Below the pieces are notes generated by a model. It saw only the letters and a list, made by a program, of their open reading frames with translations. It was not told where the DNA came from and ran no database searches. From an uncultured Rubrobacteraceae bacterium (GTDB lineage Bacteria > Actinomycetota > Rubrobacteria > Rubrobacterales > Rubrobacteraceae), in assembly GCA_963800975.1 (NCBI GenBank), contig CAWDDB010000013.1:110057-174056 (forward strand): a stretch of DNA of 64,000 nt, given 5' to 3'. Positions 55,978 to 64,000 of the stretch are shown here, in pieces. The position numbers were made by a program, and so were the translations under genes. Each line of letters opens with the position of its first letter. Positions within the stretch are counted from its first letter, which is position 1.

Positions 55978-56667
55978 ATGCCAGCTAGGATGAGCGGCAA
56001 CGGCATGCCCGCTGCCGGTTCGCCAGAGCCGCCGGGAGGACGAACCTGCACAAGAGACTTCTCGGCCCAGCTCGGTTCGGCGACGGGCGGGCGCCTCATC
56101 TTCGTCACCGGAGCCTCGAACGTCACCATCCACGCCGACCCCGCGATGCCGGACCTCTACCGCGCTCGCTTCGAGGATCGTATGCCTACCGTCGAGGTGC
56201 GTCGAGGTACCGTGACGGTCCGGTACCCCGGCTTCCCGCGCTTCGACCGGCTCCACTACCGGCGCGAGCGTCCCGCCGAGGTCAAGCTGGGCGCCTCCAT
56301 CCCCTGGCACATCGAGGTCCGCGACTTTGCCTCAAGGCTCACCGCCGATCTGAGTAGTCTAAGGCTAGGTTCCCTCGACCTGGGCGGCGGCGCCAGCCGA
56401 ATAGAACTGACGCTCCCCAGGGCCTCGGGCACCGTTCCGGTTCGCGTCCTGGGAGGCGCGAGCCACCTCACCATCCGCCGCCCCGCCGGCGTGTCCGTAC
56501 GGCTCCACGTGGGTGGCGGTTCCACCAACCTGACCTTCGACGAGGAGCGCTTCGGCGTCGTAGGCGGCGCGGTGAGTTTGCAAACTCCCGACTACGACGG
56601 TGCCGACGACCGGTACGACATCGCCGTCACGGGAGGCGCGAACGCCGTGGCCGTCGGTGCCTGGTAA
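55978..56667 (+). CDS. Toastrack/LiaF-C-terminal-like beta-rich protein (DUF4097/DUF2154-like)
   Basis: Repetitive beta-strand pattern (VTIHADP..., GTVTVRYPG, SRIELTLPRASGTVPVRVLGGASHLTIRRPAGVSVRLHVGGGSTNLTFD) characteristic of toastrack domains. Confidence 0.55.
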   Translation: MPARMSGNGMPAAGSPEPPGGRTCTRDFSAQLGSATGGRLIFVTGASNVTIHADPAMPDLYRARFEDRMPTVEVRRGTVTVRYPGFPRFDRLHYRRERPAEVKLGASIPWHIEVRDFASRLTADLSSLRLGSLDLGGGASRIELTLPRASGTVPVRVLGGASHLTIRRPAGVSVRLHVGGGSTNLTFDEERFGVVGGAVSLQTPDYDGADDRYDIAVTGGANAVAVGAW

Positions 56668-56699
56668 CGGGTGGAAGCCCGACCTGGGCAATCCTCGGG

Positions 56700-57010
56700 A
56701 GCCGGAAACCGCCGTCGGGCGCCGAGCGAGGCTCGGCCGCATCGCTCCTGCCATCGGTCTATTCTTCCTGGCGCCCCTGGTGGGCGAGTTCCTACTCGGC
56801 AACAAGCCGATCACCTCGCCGATCGCCGGCACGCGTCCTCCGGGATAGCGATCTGGTTCGTCTGGGTCAGTCTGGGCGTGTTTTCGGCCGAGATACTGCC
56901 GACTGGGATCGTTGGCTCGGCCCTGTTCGTCTCTATGCAGACGGTCGCCCTCGCGGCGCTCATCCTCGGTTCTACCATCATCTACCTGCGCAAGGTGGGC
57001 AATGCGTGCT
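56700..57010 (+). pseudogene. Possible disrupted membrane-protein gene
   Basis: Two hydrophobic ORF pieces lie in different frames (...RIAPAIGLFFLAPLVGEFLLGN... then ...IAIWFVWVSLGVFSAEILPTGIVGSALFVSMQTVALAALILGSTIIYL...). No intact start or frame. Confidence 0.3.
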
Positions 57011-57089
57011 CGTTAGCGTACGTTCTCGTGCCGTTGCTACCAAGGTCCAGGTCGGTGGCCTCCGCGGGCGAGCGCTGTCCTCGAAACAC

Positions 57090-57815
57090 CTAACCGACGC
57101 GTCCCCGGCGGTCTCCTTCTCCTGCGACGGCCTCGATGCCCCTGACGAGGATGTCGAGGCCGGCCTCGAAACCGGCCTCGAAGTCGTAGCGCGCGCCCTC
57201 CTCCCCGAGCGTCCCGAAGACCCGGCGCAGCGCCGGAACTTTCCCCGCCGGCTGCGTCTGGATGCGTGCCAGAATTTCCCGGCCGATGTCGAACCCCCCG
57301 GAAGGATTCGACGCCTCGCCCAGCGCGAACCCGTGGACGAAATCGACCAACGAGTCCGCGGCCCGCACGATCATCGCGGGAGGGAGCCCCGACTCCTCCA
57401 ACGCCTCGTAGAGCGGCTCGCTGCCCAGGAGCACGGCCTCCGAGACCGCGGCGGCGTCGGAGAAGATCTGCAACGCGAGGTTGGGGTGCGAAAGTACAAC
57501 GTCCCGGTGAGCGTGGGCATAAGCGCGCACGCGCTCCTGCCAGGGCAGGCCCTCGGAGGGCGGCATCCGCATCCGGGAGAAGACGACCCCGACGAGGCCC
57601 GAGACCACGGCGCCCTTGCCGGGCAGGTGGTGGTAGATCGACATCGGGCTCACCCCGAGGTCTGCGGCCAGCCGGCGCATCGTCAGGGCGTCCAAGCCTT
57701 CCCGGTCCACAAGCTCGAGCGCCGCCGCGAGGATACCCTCGCGCGTCAATGGCTCCTGCCCCGCCCTCGGACGACCGGCCCTACGCCCCTGTTCCTTCTC
57801 CCTTTCGCAACCCAT
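57090..57815 (-). CDS. TetR/AcrR family transcriptional regulator
   Basis: N-terminal HTH LTMRRLAADLGVSPMSIYHHLPGK, with SD AGGAGG upstream of ATG 57815. Confidence 0.9.
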   Translation of the reverse strand: MGCEREKEQGRRAGRPRAGQEPLTREGILAAALELVDREGLDALTMRRLAADLGVSPMSIYHHLPGKGAVVSGLVGVVFSRMRMPPSEGLPWQERVRAYAHAHRDVVLSHPNLALQIFSDAAAVSEAVLLGSEPLYEALEESGLPPAMIVRAADSLVDFVHGFALGEASNPSGGFDIGREILARIQTQPAGKVPALRRVFGTLGEEGARYDFEAGFEAGLDILVRGIEAVAGEGDRRGRVG

Positions 57816-57830
57816 CCTCGAGACCTCCTT

Positions 57831-57881
57831 GATTAATCATACACAGTATGTATAATCGCAAGTAATTATACGATGTATAAT
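57831..57881. promoter_or_regulatory. AT-rich divergent promoter/operator region between the tetR and SDR genes
   Basis: Palindrome GATTAATC (57831-38). IR ATACA-N5-TGTAT (57839-53). Perfect IR GTATAAT-N8-ATTATAC (57850-71). Direct repeat ATGTATAAT x2 (57848, 57873). TATAAT boxes sit on the plus strand (57851, 57876) and the minus strand (57865-70). Confidence 0.6.
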
Positions 57882-57905
57882 TTTTGGAAACGTGAGGAGG
57901 TCGTT

Positions 57906-58820
57906 ATGGCGCCGCGGTTGGAAGGGAAGGTTGCGTTGGTGGCCGGGGGAACGCGCGGGGCGGGGCGTGGGATCTCGGTCGAGCTGGGAGCTGCGGGGGC
58001 CACGGTCTACGTGACCGGACGCTCCACGCGGGGGCGCCCCTCCGAGTACGACCGCCCCGAGACGATCGAGGAGACGGCCGCCCTGGTGGACGAGGCTGGC
58101 GGAAGTGGCGTCGCCGTTCGGGTCGACCATCTGGAACCGGATGAGGTGCGGGCCCTGGTGGAGCGCATCGAGGGCGAGCAGGGCCGTCTCGACGTGCTCG
58201 TCAACGACGTGTGGGGGGCCGAGCACCTTACCGAGTGGAATGTCCCCGTGTGGGAGCACTCCCTGGAGAAGGGGTTGCGAACACTGAGGTTGGCGATCGA
58301 CACGCACATCACGACCAGCCACTTCGCCCTGCCCCTCCTGATCAAGAACGAGGGCGGATTGGTCGTCGAGATGACCGACGGCACCGCAGAGTACAACGTC
58401 GCCAACTACAGGCTGTCGCTGTACTACGACCTGGCGAAGACGTGCGTCATCCGCATGGCGTGGGCCCAGGCTCAGGAGCTCGCGCCCCACGGGTGTACGG
58501 CGGTCGCCCTGACACCAGGCTGGCTGCGCTCGGAGATGATGCTCGACATCTACGGCGTGGGCGAGTCGAACTGGCGCGATGCGACCGCCGCGCAGCCGCA
58601 CTTCGCCATCTCCGAGACGCCGCGTTACGTGGGACGGGCCGTGGCCCACCTCGCTGCTGACCCCAAGGTCGCGCGTTGGAACGGTAGCTCCCTTTCTAGC
58701 GGCGGGCTCGCCAAGGAGTACGGCTTCACGGACCTCGACGGCTCTAGGCCCGACGCCTGGCGCTACCTCGTGGAGGTCCAAGACGCCGGCCTGCCGGCCG
58801 ACACCACCGGGTACCGGTAA
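57906..58820 (+). CDS. SDR family oxidoreductase
   Basis: ATG 57906 follows GTGAGGAGG. VAGGTRGAGRGISVEL is the glycine-rich NAD(P) motif, with a Rossmann-type layout. Confidence 0.85.
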   Translation: MAPRLEGKVALVAGGTRGAGRGISVELGAAGATVYVTGRSTRGRPSEYDRPETIEETAALVDEAGGSGVAVRVDHLEPDEVRALVERIEGEQGRLDVLVNDVWGAEHLTEWNVPVWEHSLEKGLRTLRLAIDTHITTSHFALPLLIKNEGGLVVEMTDGTAEYNVANYRLSLYYDLAKTCVIRMAWAQAQELAPHGCTAVALTPGWLRSEMMLDIYGVGESNWRDATAAQPHFAISETPRYVGRAVAHLAADPKVARWNGSSLSSGGLAKEYGFTDLDGSRPDAWRYLVEVQDAGLPADTTGYR

Positions 58821-59320
58821 CGCCAGGGGCAGAGGACTCCGCCATCCGCCCGGAACGCGCCTAGGACAGGGTCCGAACACCAACACCCGCGAGAGCACAC
58901 TCCGAGAGGATCAGACGGTGCCGATGCCCTCGCCGGAACCGGGCCGCGGCCAAAGCGGAGCGTCCGCTTCGGGGAGAGCTGTGGAAGCCGCCACCAGCCG
59001 CAGCGTGACCCGCGCCGCGTGAAGTCGGCGGCGCGTCCGGTCTCGGCCGGAGATCCTCTCGCACCAGGTTGCCTCCGGCTGCCGCCTCTGCGGGTCCGGA
59101 CTCTGTTTTCTCTCACCCTGTACGTAACCGACATCCGCGTGTCTCATTGCCCATGACTACGGACCAGTTCCTACACCATGTTTTTGAGACCGGCTTTGAT
59201 ACATGGTGTGGACGCCAGAGCGGAGGTTGTCCACACGCCTGCGGGACGTCTTTATACCGTTCGTTCGCGAGACTCCGGGGGCCCAACCACCGTGGGTCCC
59301 GATCGGTGCCGCGATCCGGT

Positions 59321-59343
59321 TTGACACCAACGCTGACACCAAC
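59321..59343 (+). repeat. Tandem TTGACACCAAC / CTGACACCAAC motifs (copies 2 and 3), 111-134 nt upstream of the attR core
   Basis: The sequence is TTGACACCAACGCTGACACCAACCCG. Confidence 0.7.
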
Positions 59344-59454
59344 CCGGCCGGCACCCCGCGACACCCGGCGAACCGACGAACCTCGGACACACCGCCAAAC
59401 GGCCCATATAAGCAGGATTCGCGGACGCTCCGGTACAGGACGGTAAACGATCAC

Positions 59455-59502
<48 letters not shown>

Positions 59503-59572
59503 TCTCAGAACGCTTACCCCTACGGCGAATCGCAGGACGTGCGGCGAAAGTCGGGACGTCCTTCCAACTCTG

Positions 59573-59583
59573 TTGACACCAAC
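59573..59583 (+). repeat. TTGACACCAAC motif, copy 4 (70 nt downstream of the attR core)
   Basis: Same spacing from the core as copy 1 (70 vs 71 nt). TTGACACCAACGC is shared with copy 2. Confidence 0.7.
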
Positions 59584-60053
59584 GCGGCGGGGCAGGGGCA
59601 GGCACCGCTTCCGCTCGAAGCGCCGGTTCTCCTCGATGCACGCCGGGGCGACCTTCACGCCAGATACGCAAGATCACCGTCCCTCCCCCGTCCCACCGAG
59701 ACTGGGTCAAGCAGGCGCAGTTTGACCGCGGCGACGAGGTCTCACCACCGAAGAGTGAATATCTCGACCAGAACTTTCCAGGCGACCACTTTTTGGGTCC
59801 TGAGGATTACCGGCTTTCGTTCCGCGGACCGAGGTGCGCCGGTCCTCCTCGAAGTACCGTGCATGCTCAGAACGCTGACCGCAAGGAGAGCAGATGGGCG
59901 CGGTATGGGTCTCGAATAGACCGGGGGCGGCACGGATCAGCTGGGCGCGGTGGTCGGCGTATTCCTGGCGCTGGGCTGCGCCTACCGAAACGGCCTGTCG
60001 TCCTTGCCCCTCAGGCGCGCTGGCGGCGGACCGGTTGGTGTGAGGGAGCCGCG

Positions 60054-60746
60054 GTGAGCGTCGAGGCACTTGTTTACCTGCTGGAAGCCCATCCCTACCT
60101 CTTGCTGTTCCCGCTGGTGGCGCTGGAGGGTCCGCTCGCCACGATCTGCGCCGGTTTCCTCGTCTCGGCCGGATTTATGAGCTGGCCGTTGGCCTACGCT
60201 CTCGCCGTGACCGCCGACCTCACCGCGGACACCCTCTACTACCTGCTGGGGCGCTCCGCGCGTCACCCGCGGGTGGGCTGCCTACTCCACCGCGTCGGCC
60301 TGACACAGGAGAGGTTGGCGGCGATGGAGGTGGCGTTCCGGAGTAAAGAAGCCAGGACGGTTGTAGGCGCGAAGGTCACCGAAATTGCGGCGGTACCGAT
60401 GTTAATCACGGCGGGGCTCATGAAGATGGGCTACGGGCGCTTCCTGGCCTGGAACGCGTCGGTCGCCCTGCTGAAGACCGGGGTCCTGCTGGCCGTGGGC
60501 TTCTTCGCTGGCGGGCAGGTCCTGAGCCTCGCCCAGCGTCTGGACCCCGGTTCGGCCGTCCCACTGGCACTGCTCGCGCTCGTGGCGGTCGGCTACCTGA
60601 TGGTCTCAAGACGGCTCTACATTCGGAAACCGGTAAACCCAGAACAGGAGTCGAAGGAAAACGATGAAAATCCTGGCGGTAACGTCTCACCAGCCAGCGG
60701 GTGTTCGACTAGCCGGACGAGCGCAGATGGCAGGTGGGACAAATGA
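60054..60746 (+). CDS. DedA family membrane protein
   Basis: GTG 60054 follows GAGGGAG. YLLLFPLVALEGPLATICAGFLVSAG...ADTLYYLLGR is the DedA/SNARE-associated pattern. The C-terminal extent is uncertain because of overlap with the next gene. Confidence 0.7.
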   Translation: MSVEALVYLLEAHPYLLLFPLVALEGPLATICAGFLVSAGFMSWPLAYALAVTADLTADTLYYLLGRSARHPRVGCLLHRVGLTQERLAAMEVAFRSKEARTVVGAKVTEIAAVPMLITAGLMKMGYGRFLAWNASVALLKTGVLLAVGFFAGGQVLSLAQRLDPGSAVPLALLALVAVGYLMVSRRLYIRKPVNPEQESKENDENPGGNVSPASGCSTSRTSADGRWDK

Positions 60747-62626
60747 GACGTTACGGCTACGTCATCGGACCACTGTTGGGCCTCCTGCTGCCAGCCCTGA
60801 CCATCGGCCTGATCGCCGTCCGGACGGAGGAGGTGCCTCGGGTGGTGAGCGTCTGGCCGCTCCTCGCGGCGCTGGGCGCCTCCGCAGCGACCTGGTGGCT
60901 CCAGGGTCTTATCGTCGCCGTCCTGGCGCGGCCTCAACTTGACAGCCTCCGGGTGGGGGACATGTTCCGCGTCTACATGGCGGGCACGTTCGTGGCGCTC
61001 GTTTCGCCCATAAGGGGAGCAGAGATCCCCTACGAGGTGTACCTGCTAAAGCGTCTCGGCCTCTCGGCTGGAGAGGGGAGCAACGTGGTGGTCACCAGGG
61101 TCTTGCTCGACGCCGCCGTCTTGACCCCCGCGGCGCTTGTCGCCGCGTTTGCCCTCTACTCTTCCGCGCTCCCCGAGGTGCAAAACCCCGGCCTTTTCCT
61201 GGCGGGCCTAGCCTCCGCCGTAGCCCTGGCCGCGGTCGCCTTCCTGGTGCGCAGGAGAATACGAGGAAGCGGGGGGAAGAGAACACTGCGTCTCGGTGGA
61301 TCGGTCTGGCAGGCGAAAGCGGGGGCGAAGATCTCCGGCTTTCTGAGGGATATGCGGCGGAGCTTCGCCTCGTATTGGCGTCCGGGGCACAGGGCCACCC
61401 TGGCCTACGCCATCGCCCTCGCGATCGTCTACTGGGCGTTCCGCCTCTCCGCCGGCCCTCTGGCGTTGATGGCGGTGGGGTGGTCCGGCGACTGGCTCCC
61501 CGTGGTGGGGGCCCAACTGCTCCTGGCCTCCTTCGTCCTCCCGTTCGTCCCGACCCCAGGTGGCGGCGGCGCGAGGGAGCTGGGTTTAGCGGCGCTTCTC
61601 TCCGGCTACGTGCCGGAGGGGCAGCTGCTGAGCGGGATCGTCGTCCACACCGTCCTGTCCCACTGGCTGCCTTTGATCGCCGGTGCCTTCTTCGCCGGTC
61701 ACGAGTTGCGGCGGGGGACCTTTCGACGCGGTGGAGGGCGGAATGCCGCAGGCCAGGGTGTCCACGCCGAAGCCAATGCACAGGTCTTGCTGGCCGCTCC
61801 TCGCATCACTTCCCCGCGGCGTTACGTTTTGTCCGGCAACCAGGAACCGGAGGAGAACATGGCAGCACCACGAGGCAAACCCTCCGACAGACCGTATCTC
61901 GGGAGGGAGCAAGGCCTGAGGAAGCCTCCGGCGACGACCAGGTTCTTCAACGGATTGGGACGGCGAGTCGCATACTTCTACGTCCGGCGGCTGATGCGAT
62001 CGGACATCGAGTGGGGGACCGAACTGCCATCGGGTGCGAAGATCATCGCCGTTAACCATCCGACGACGACGGACCCTTTCCTGATGATGTCTTGGCCGTT
62101 CGAGCCGATCTACATCCTCATCAGCGAAGCCGCTTTCGAGGTGCCGCTGGTCGGACGATTCTTGCGTCTCGCGGGACACATACCCGTCTACGCCGATCGC
62201 GGACGCGAAGCGTTCGAGGCCGCACTACGCCTGCTGGGCGAGGGAAAAACCGTGGGCATCTTCCCGGAAGGCGCCTTGAGCGAGGATGACGGACAACTCG
62301 TGAGTGCGCGGAGCGGAGCGGTCAGGCTGGCCGTAACGGCGCAGGTGCCGATCGTCCCGGCTGGCATCGCGCCAGACTGGCACTTCGTCACCGCGCGCCA
62401 GTGGCGGCGATCCGGAGCAAGCGAGCAGATGCGGTGGTTCTGGCTCGGAGCGTACGAAGTATCCGTGGGGGAGCCGCTGGTGTTCGAGCACGCCGTGGAC
62501 GATCGCGAGGCGGTCAAACGGTCAACGGACATCCTGACAGGAGAGATCGAGCGACTTATGCAACGGAGTGCAGATCGATTACTGCGCGCAAGCTGGCCTC
62601 TCATTACCAGGCAACACGAAGGGTAG
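60734..62626 (+). CDS. Fusion protein: lysylphosphatidylglycerol-synthase-TM/flippase-like domain (UPF0104) + lysophospholipid acyltransferase (PlsC-like)
   Basis: The N-terminal ~330 aa is polytopic, with a UPF0104-like pattern ending in PTPGGGGARE. The C-terminus has the acyltransferase HX4D motif VNHPTTTDP and GIFPEGA. Confidence 0.75.
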   Translation: MGQMRRYGYVIGPLLGLLLPALTIGLIAVRTEEVPRVVSVWPLLAALGASAATWWLQGLIVAVLARPQLDSLRVGDMFRVYMAGTFVALVSPIRGAEIPYEVYLLKRLGLSAGEGSNVVVTRVLLDAAVLTPAALVAAFALYSSALPEVQNPGLFLAGLASAVALAAVAFLVRRRIRGSGGKRTLRLGGSVWQAKAGAKISGFLRDMRRSFASYWRPGHRATLAYAIALAIVYWAFRLSAGPLALMAVGWSGDWLPVVGAQLLLASFVLPFVPTPGGGGARELGLAALLSGYVPEGQLLSGIVVHTVLSHWLPLIAGAFFAGHELRRGTFRRGGGRNAAGQGVHAEANAQVLLAAPRITSPRRYVLSGNQEPEENMAAPRGKPSDRPYLGREQGLRKPPATTRFFNGLGRRVAYFYVRRLMRSDIEWGTELPSGAKIIAVNHPTTTDPFLMMSWPFEPIYILISEAAFEVPLVGRFLRLAGHIPVYADRGREAFEAALRLLGEGKTVGIFPEGALSEDDGQLVSARSGAVRLAVTAQVPIVPAGIAPDWHFVTARQWRRSGASEQMRWFWLGAYEVSVGEPLVFEHAVDDREAVKRSTDILTGEIERLMQRSADRLLRASWPLITRQHEG

Positions 62627-62727
62627 GCGCTGGATCTTCACCTTTCCTCTACCGTTTGCCCGATGGCTTTCCATCCGAGAGAACAGTATCGTCGAACTCG
62701 ACATCCGTTGGTAGCGGTGAGGAGAAC

Positions 62728-62985
62728 ATGCGCAGGCTCGTCCATTACGTTTCGGTGACCCAGGACGGCTTCATCGGCTCGGAGAAGACGGCGTTGACGT
62801 CCGTCGCTAGGGCCACGCCCGTGGCGTCCTCCGCGGGGGCCATCGTGCCGCAGCCGGTGGTGTCTTCAGGTGCGAGAGGTCCGGCAAGTCCTCGGAGGGC
62901 GGCAAGGCTCTTCTCGGGTTGCGGAACAACCGGGACCCGCAAGGGCCGCTTTACTGCATGGGTTGTGTCACCCGGAGTTCGGTAA
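62728..62985 (+). pseudogene. Possible remnant of a RibD-C/dihydrofolate-reductase-like gene
   Basis: A good SD (GGTGAGGAG) precedes ATG 62728, and the first 17 aa (MRRLVHYVSVTQDGFIG) match the typical family N-terminus. The rest of the 85-aa ORF is low-complexity and unlike the family. Confidence 0.25.
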
Positions 62986-63137
62986 CTATACCGGGATGGG
63001 ATTGGAGACTACGCTCGTAGATTAGACGCGGTTGGTTCCAGGGGACCACGCGAATTACTCCTCCGGACCGATGGCAGGGCGCGGACCGCGGAATAAGCTA
63101 GTCGCGTGGGCTGGAGAGCGTAGAGAAGGAGTTGGTG

Positions 63138-63812
63138 ATGCAGACGGAGCAGCAGAACTACGGCGAGGCGGGAGGCCATCCTGGCGAAGACCCAAGAAGG
63201 GCGTCCACCGGCTCCGCAACGGCGGAGTTTACTTACACCAATCCAGTAGAAAGCTTCGTGGGCACGGTCAGGGATCTGGTTACCCGGCCTGTGGACTTCT
63301 TTCGCGGCATAGCCCGGCGGGGAGACTTCGTGAATCCCCTGACCTTCGCCCTGGTGTGCGCGATGATCTCGGCTGCAATAGGCGGTTTTCTAGGAGTACT
63401 GTACGCCACCGTGGGCATAGGGGACACGGGCGTCGGGGGAGCGATGGGGGCCTTGGTAGCCTCTTTGTTCTTAACGCCGATCATCTCCGCGATAGCGTTG
63501 TTTATAGGAGCCGGCATTCTGCACTTGCTGGTCGCCCTGGTCGTCAAGCCCGCTAATTCCGGCTTCGAGGCCACGTTCCGGGTGGTTTCTTACTCAAACG
63601 TTGGGCAGCTCGTGGGCTGGGTCCCGGTAGTGGGACCGCTGGTGGCCGCCGTAGCTTCCATAGTCCTGTCTGTTATCGGTGTGCGGGAAGTTCACGAGAC
63701 GACGACCGGCAAGGCTGCGCTCGTGGTTCTGATTCCCGCTGCGGTGGGGCTGTTGATAGCGTTGCTCCTTATTGCGCTAGTAGGTGCTGTCCTGTTGTTT
63801 GCCTCGCAGTAA
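63138..63812 (+). CDS. Yip1 family membrane protein
   Basis: ATG 63138 follows AAGGAG. A hydrophilic N-terminus is followed by five TM helices, with FFRGIARRGDFVNPLTFALV typical of the Yip1 domain. Confidence 0.65.
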   Translation: MQTEQQNYGEAGGHPGEDPRRASTGSATAEFTYTNPVESFVGTVRDLVTRPVDFFRGIARRGDFVNPLTFALVCAMISAAIGGFLGVLYATVGIGDTGVGGAMGALVASLFLTPIISAIALFIGAGILHLLVALVVKPANSGFEATFRVVSYSNVGQLVGWVPVVGPLVAAVASIVLSVIGVREVHETTTGKAALVVLIPAAVGLLIALLLIALVGAVLLFASQ

Positions 63813-63867
63813 TTGGGCATCCGTGCCGGTGAGTTAGCCAATCTAGGTTGTCCCTAAACCGGTAAAC

Positions 63868-63922
63868 GGTATCCTCCCGATCAGAAGGCTACCCGAAGCC
63901 TTTTCCGAACCGGGAGGATACC
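63868..63922 (+). terminator. Nested hairpin: 12-bp outer stem enclosing an intrinsic-terminator-like inner hairpin
   Basis: Outer stem is GGTATCCTCCCG / CGGGAGGATACC (perfect). The inner stem AAGGCT-ACCCGA-AGCCTT is followed by TT. Lies 56 nt after the Yip1 stop. Confidence 0.5.
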
Positions 63923-64000
63923 TTGTCGTTGGCGTCTGTCCCGCTGCCTCTGCTAGTTCTCAGAGGTTCGCCTCACGGCCTCCTACTGCGGCACAACAGC

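Noticed and set aside
58821-59454. Integrase or excisionase gene or remnant next to attR.
   Set aside because: None of the six frames shows the tyrosine-recombinase R..HxxR..Y region or any coding-like composition. All ORFs there are Arg/Pro-rich noise.
59707-60069. Minus-strand ORF with THTAPICSPCGQRSEH, reminiscent of a TnpB/transposase zinc-finger segment.
   Set aside because: There is a single Cys pair only, with no second CxxC, no RuvC-like motifs and no neighbouring IS ends. The resemblance is too short to support a call.
60664-60942. ORF starting MKILAVTSH with a decent SD, resembling a glycosyltransferase N-terminus.
   Set aside because: The resemblance ends after 9 residues and the rest is Arg/Gly/Pro-rich. 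The region is better explained by the overlapping DedA tail and the start of the flippase-like/acyltransferase gene.

Overview
This is a visibly GC-rich, actinobacterial-type chromosome segment. The protein set looks Rubrobacter-like, but that is inference; no database search was possible and all product calls come from motifs read in the ORF translations. Roughly 1-44 kb is core metabolism. It holds a branched-chain/odd-chain acyl-CoA catabolic neighbourhood: acyl-CoA synthetase, thiolase, acyl-CoA dehydrogenase, the methylmalonyl-CoA mutase large subunit, BCKDH E1a/E1b/E2, and propionyl-CoA carboxylase beta/epsilon/alpha. It also holds the giant NAD-glutamate dehydrogenase, a YbdK-type ligase, OsmC, an S-A-A'-T ECF transporter operon and assorted hydrolases and acetyltransferases. 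A tRNA-Ile(GAU) gene at 44034-44107 is followed by a ~15.4 kb block that ends in a perfect 48-bp copy of the tRNA 3' half (59455-59502). This is the signature of a tRNA-integrated genomic island, although no integrase is recognisable. The island carries a MalT/LuxR-type STAND regulator, a DrrAB-like ABC-2 exporter, hydrolases, a frameshifted M28 peptidase, a ParB-like protein, a toastrack protein, a TetR-SDR pair and several small ORFs. The most interesting signal is a ~48-bp element present three times inside the island. It has a palindromic core, ATCCCCC-N4-GGGGGAT, and sits at a fixed distance upstream of -10-like hexamers and start codons, so it is probably an island-specific regulon operator or leader. 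Other notable items are repeated TTGACACCAAC arm-like sites around both att copies, a perfect AT-rich 20-bp inverted repeat pair in front of the ECF operon, a catalytically degenerate RtcB homologue behind the carboxylase operon, a SARP-NB-ARC-TPR-LuxR regulator with two DNA-binding domains, and a 41-bp repeat with a micro-ORF-like substitution pattern. I recognised no rRNA, CRISPR array, transposase or integrase.
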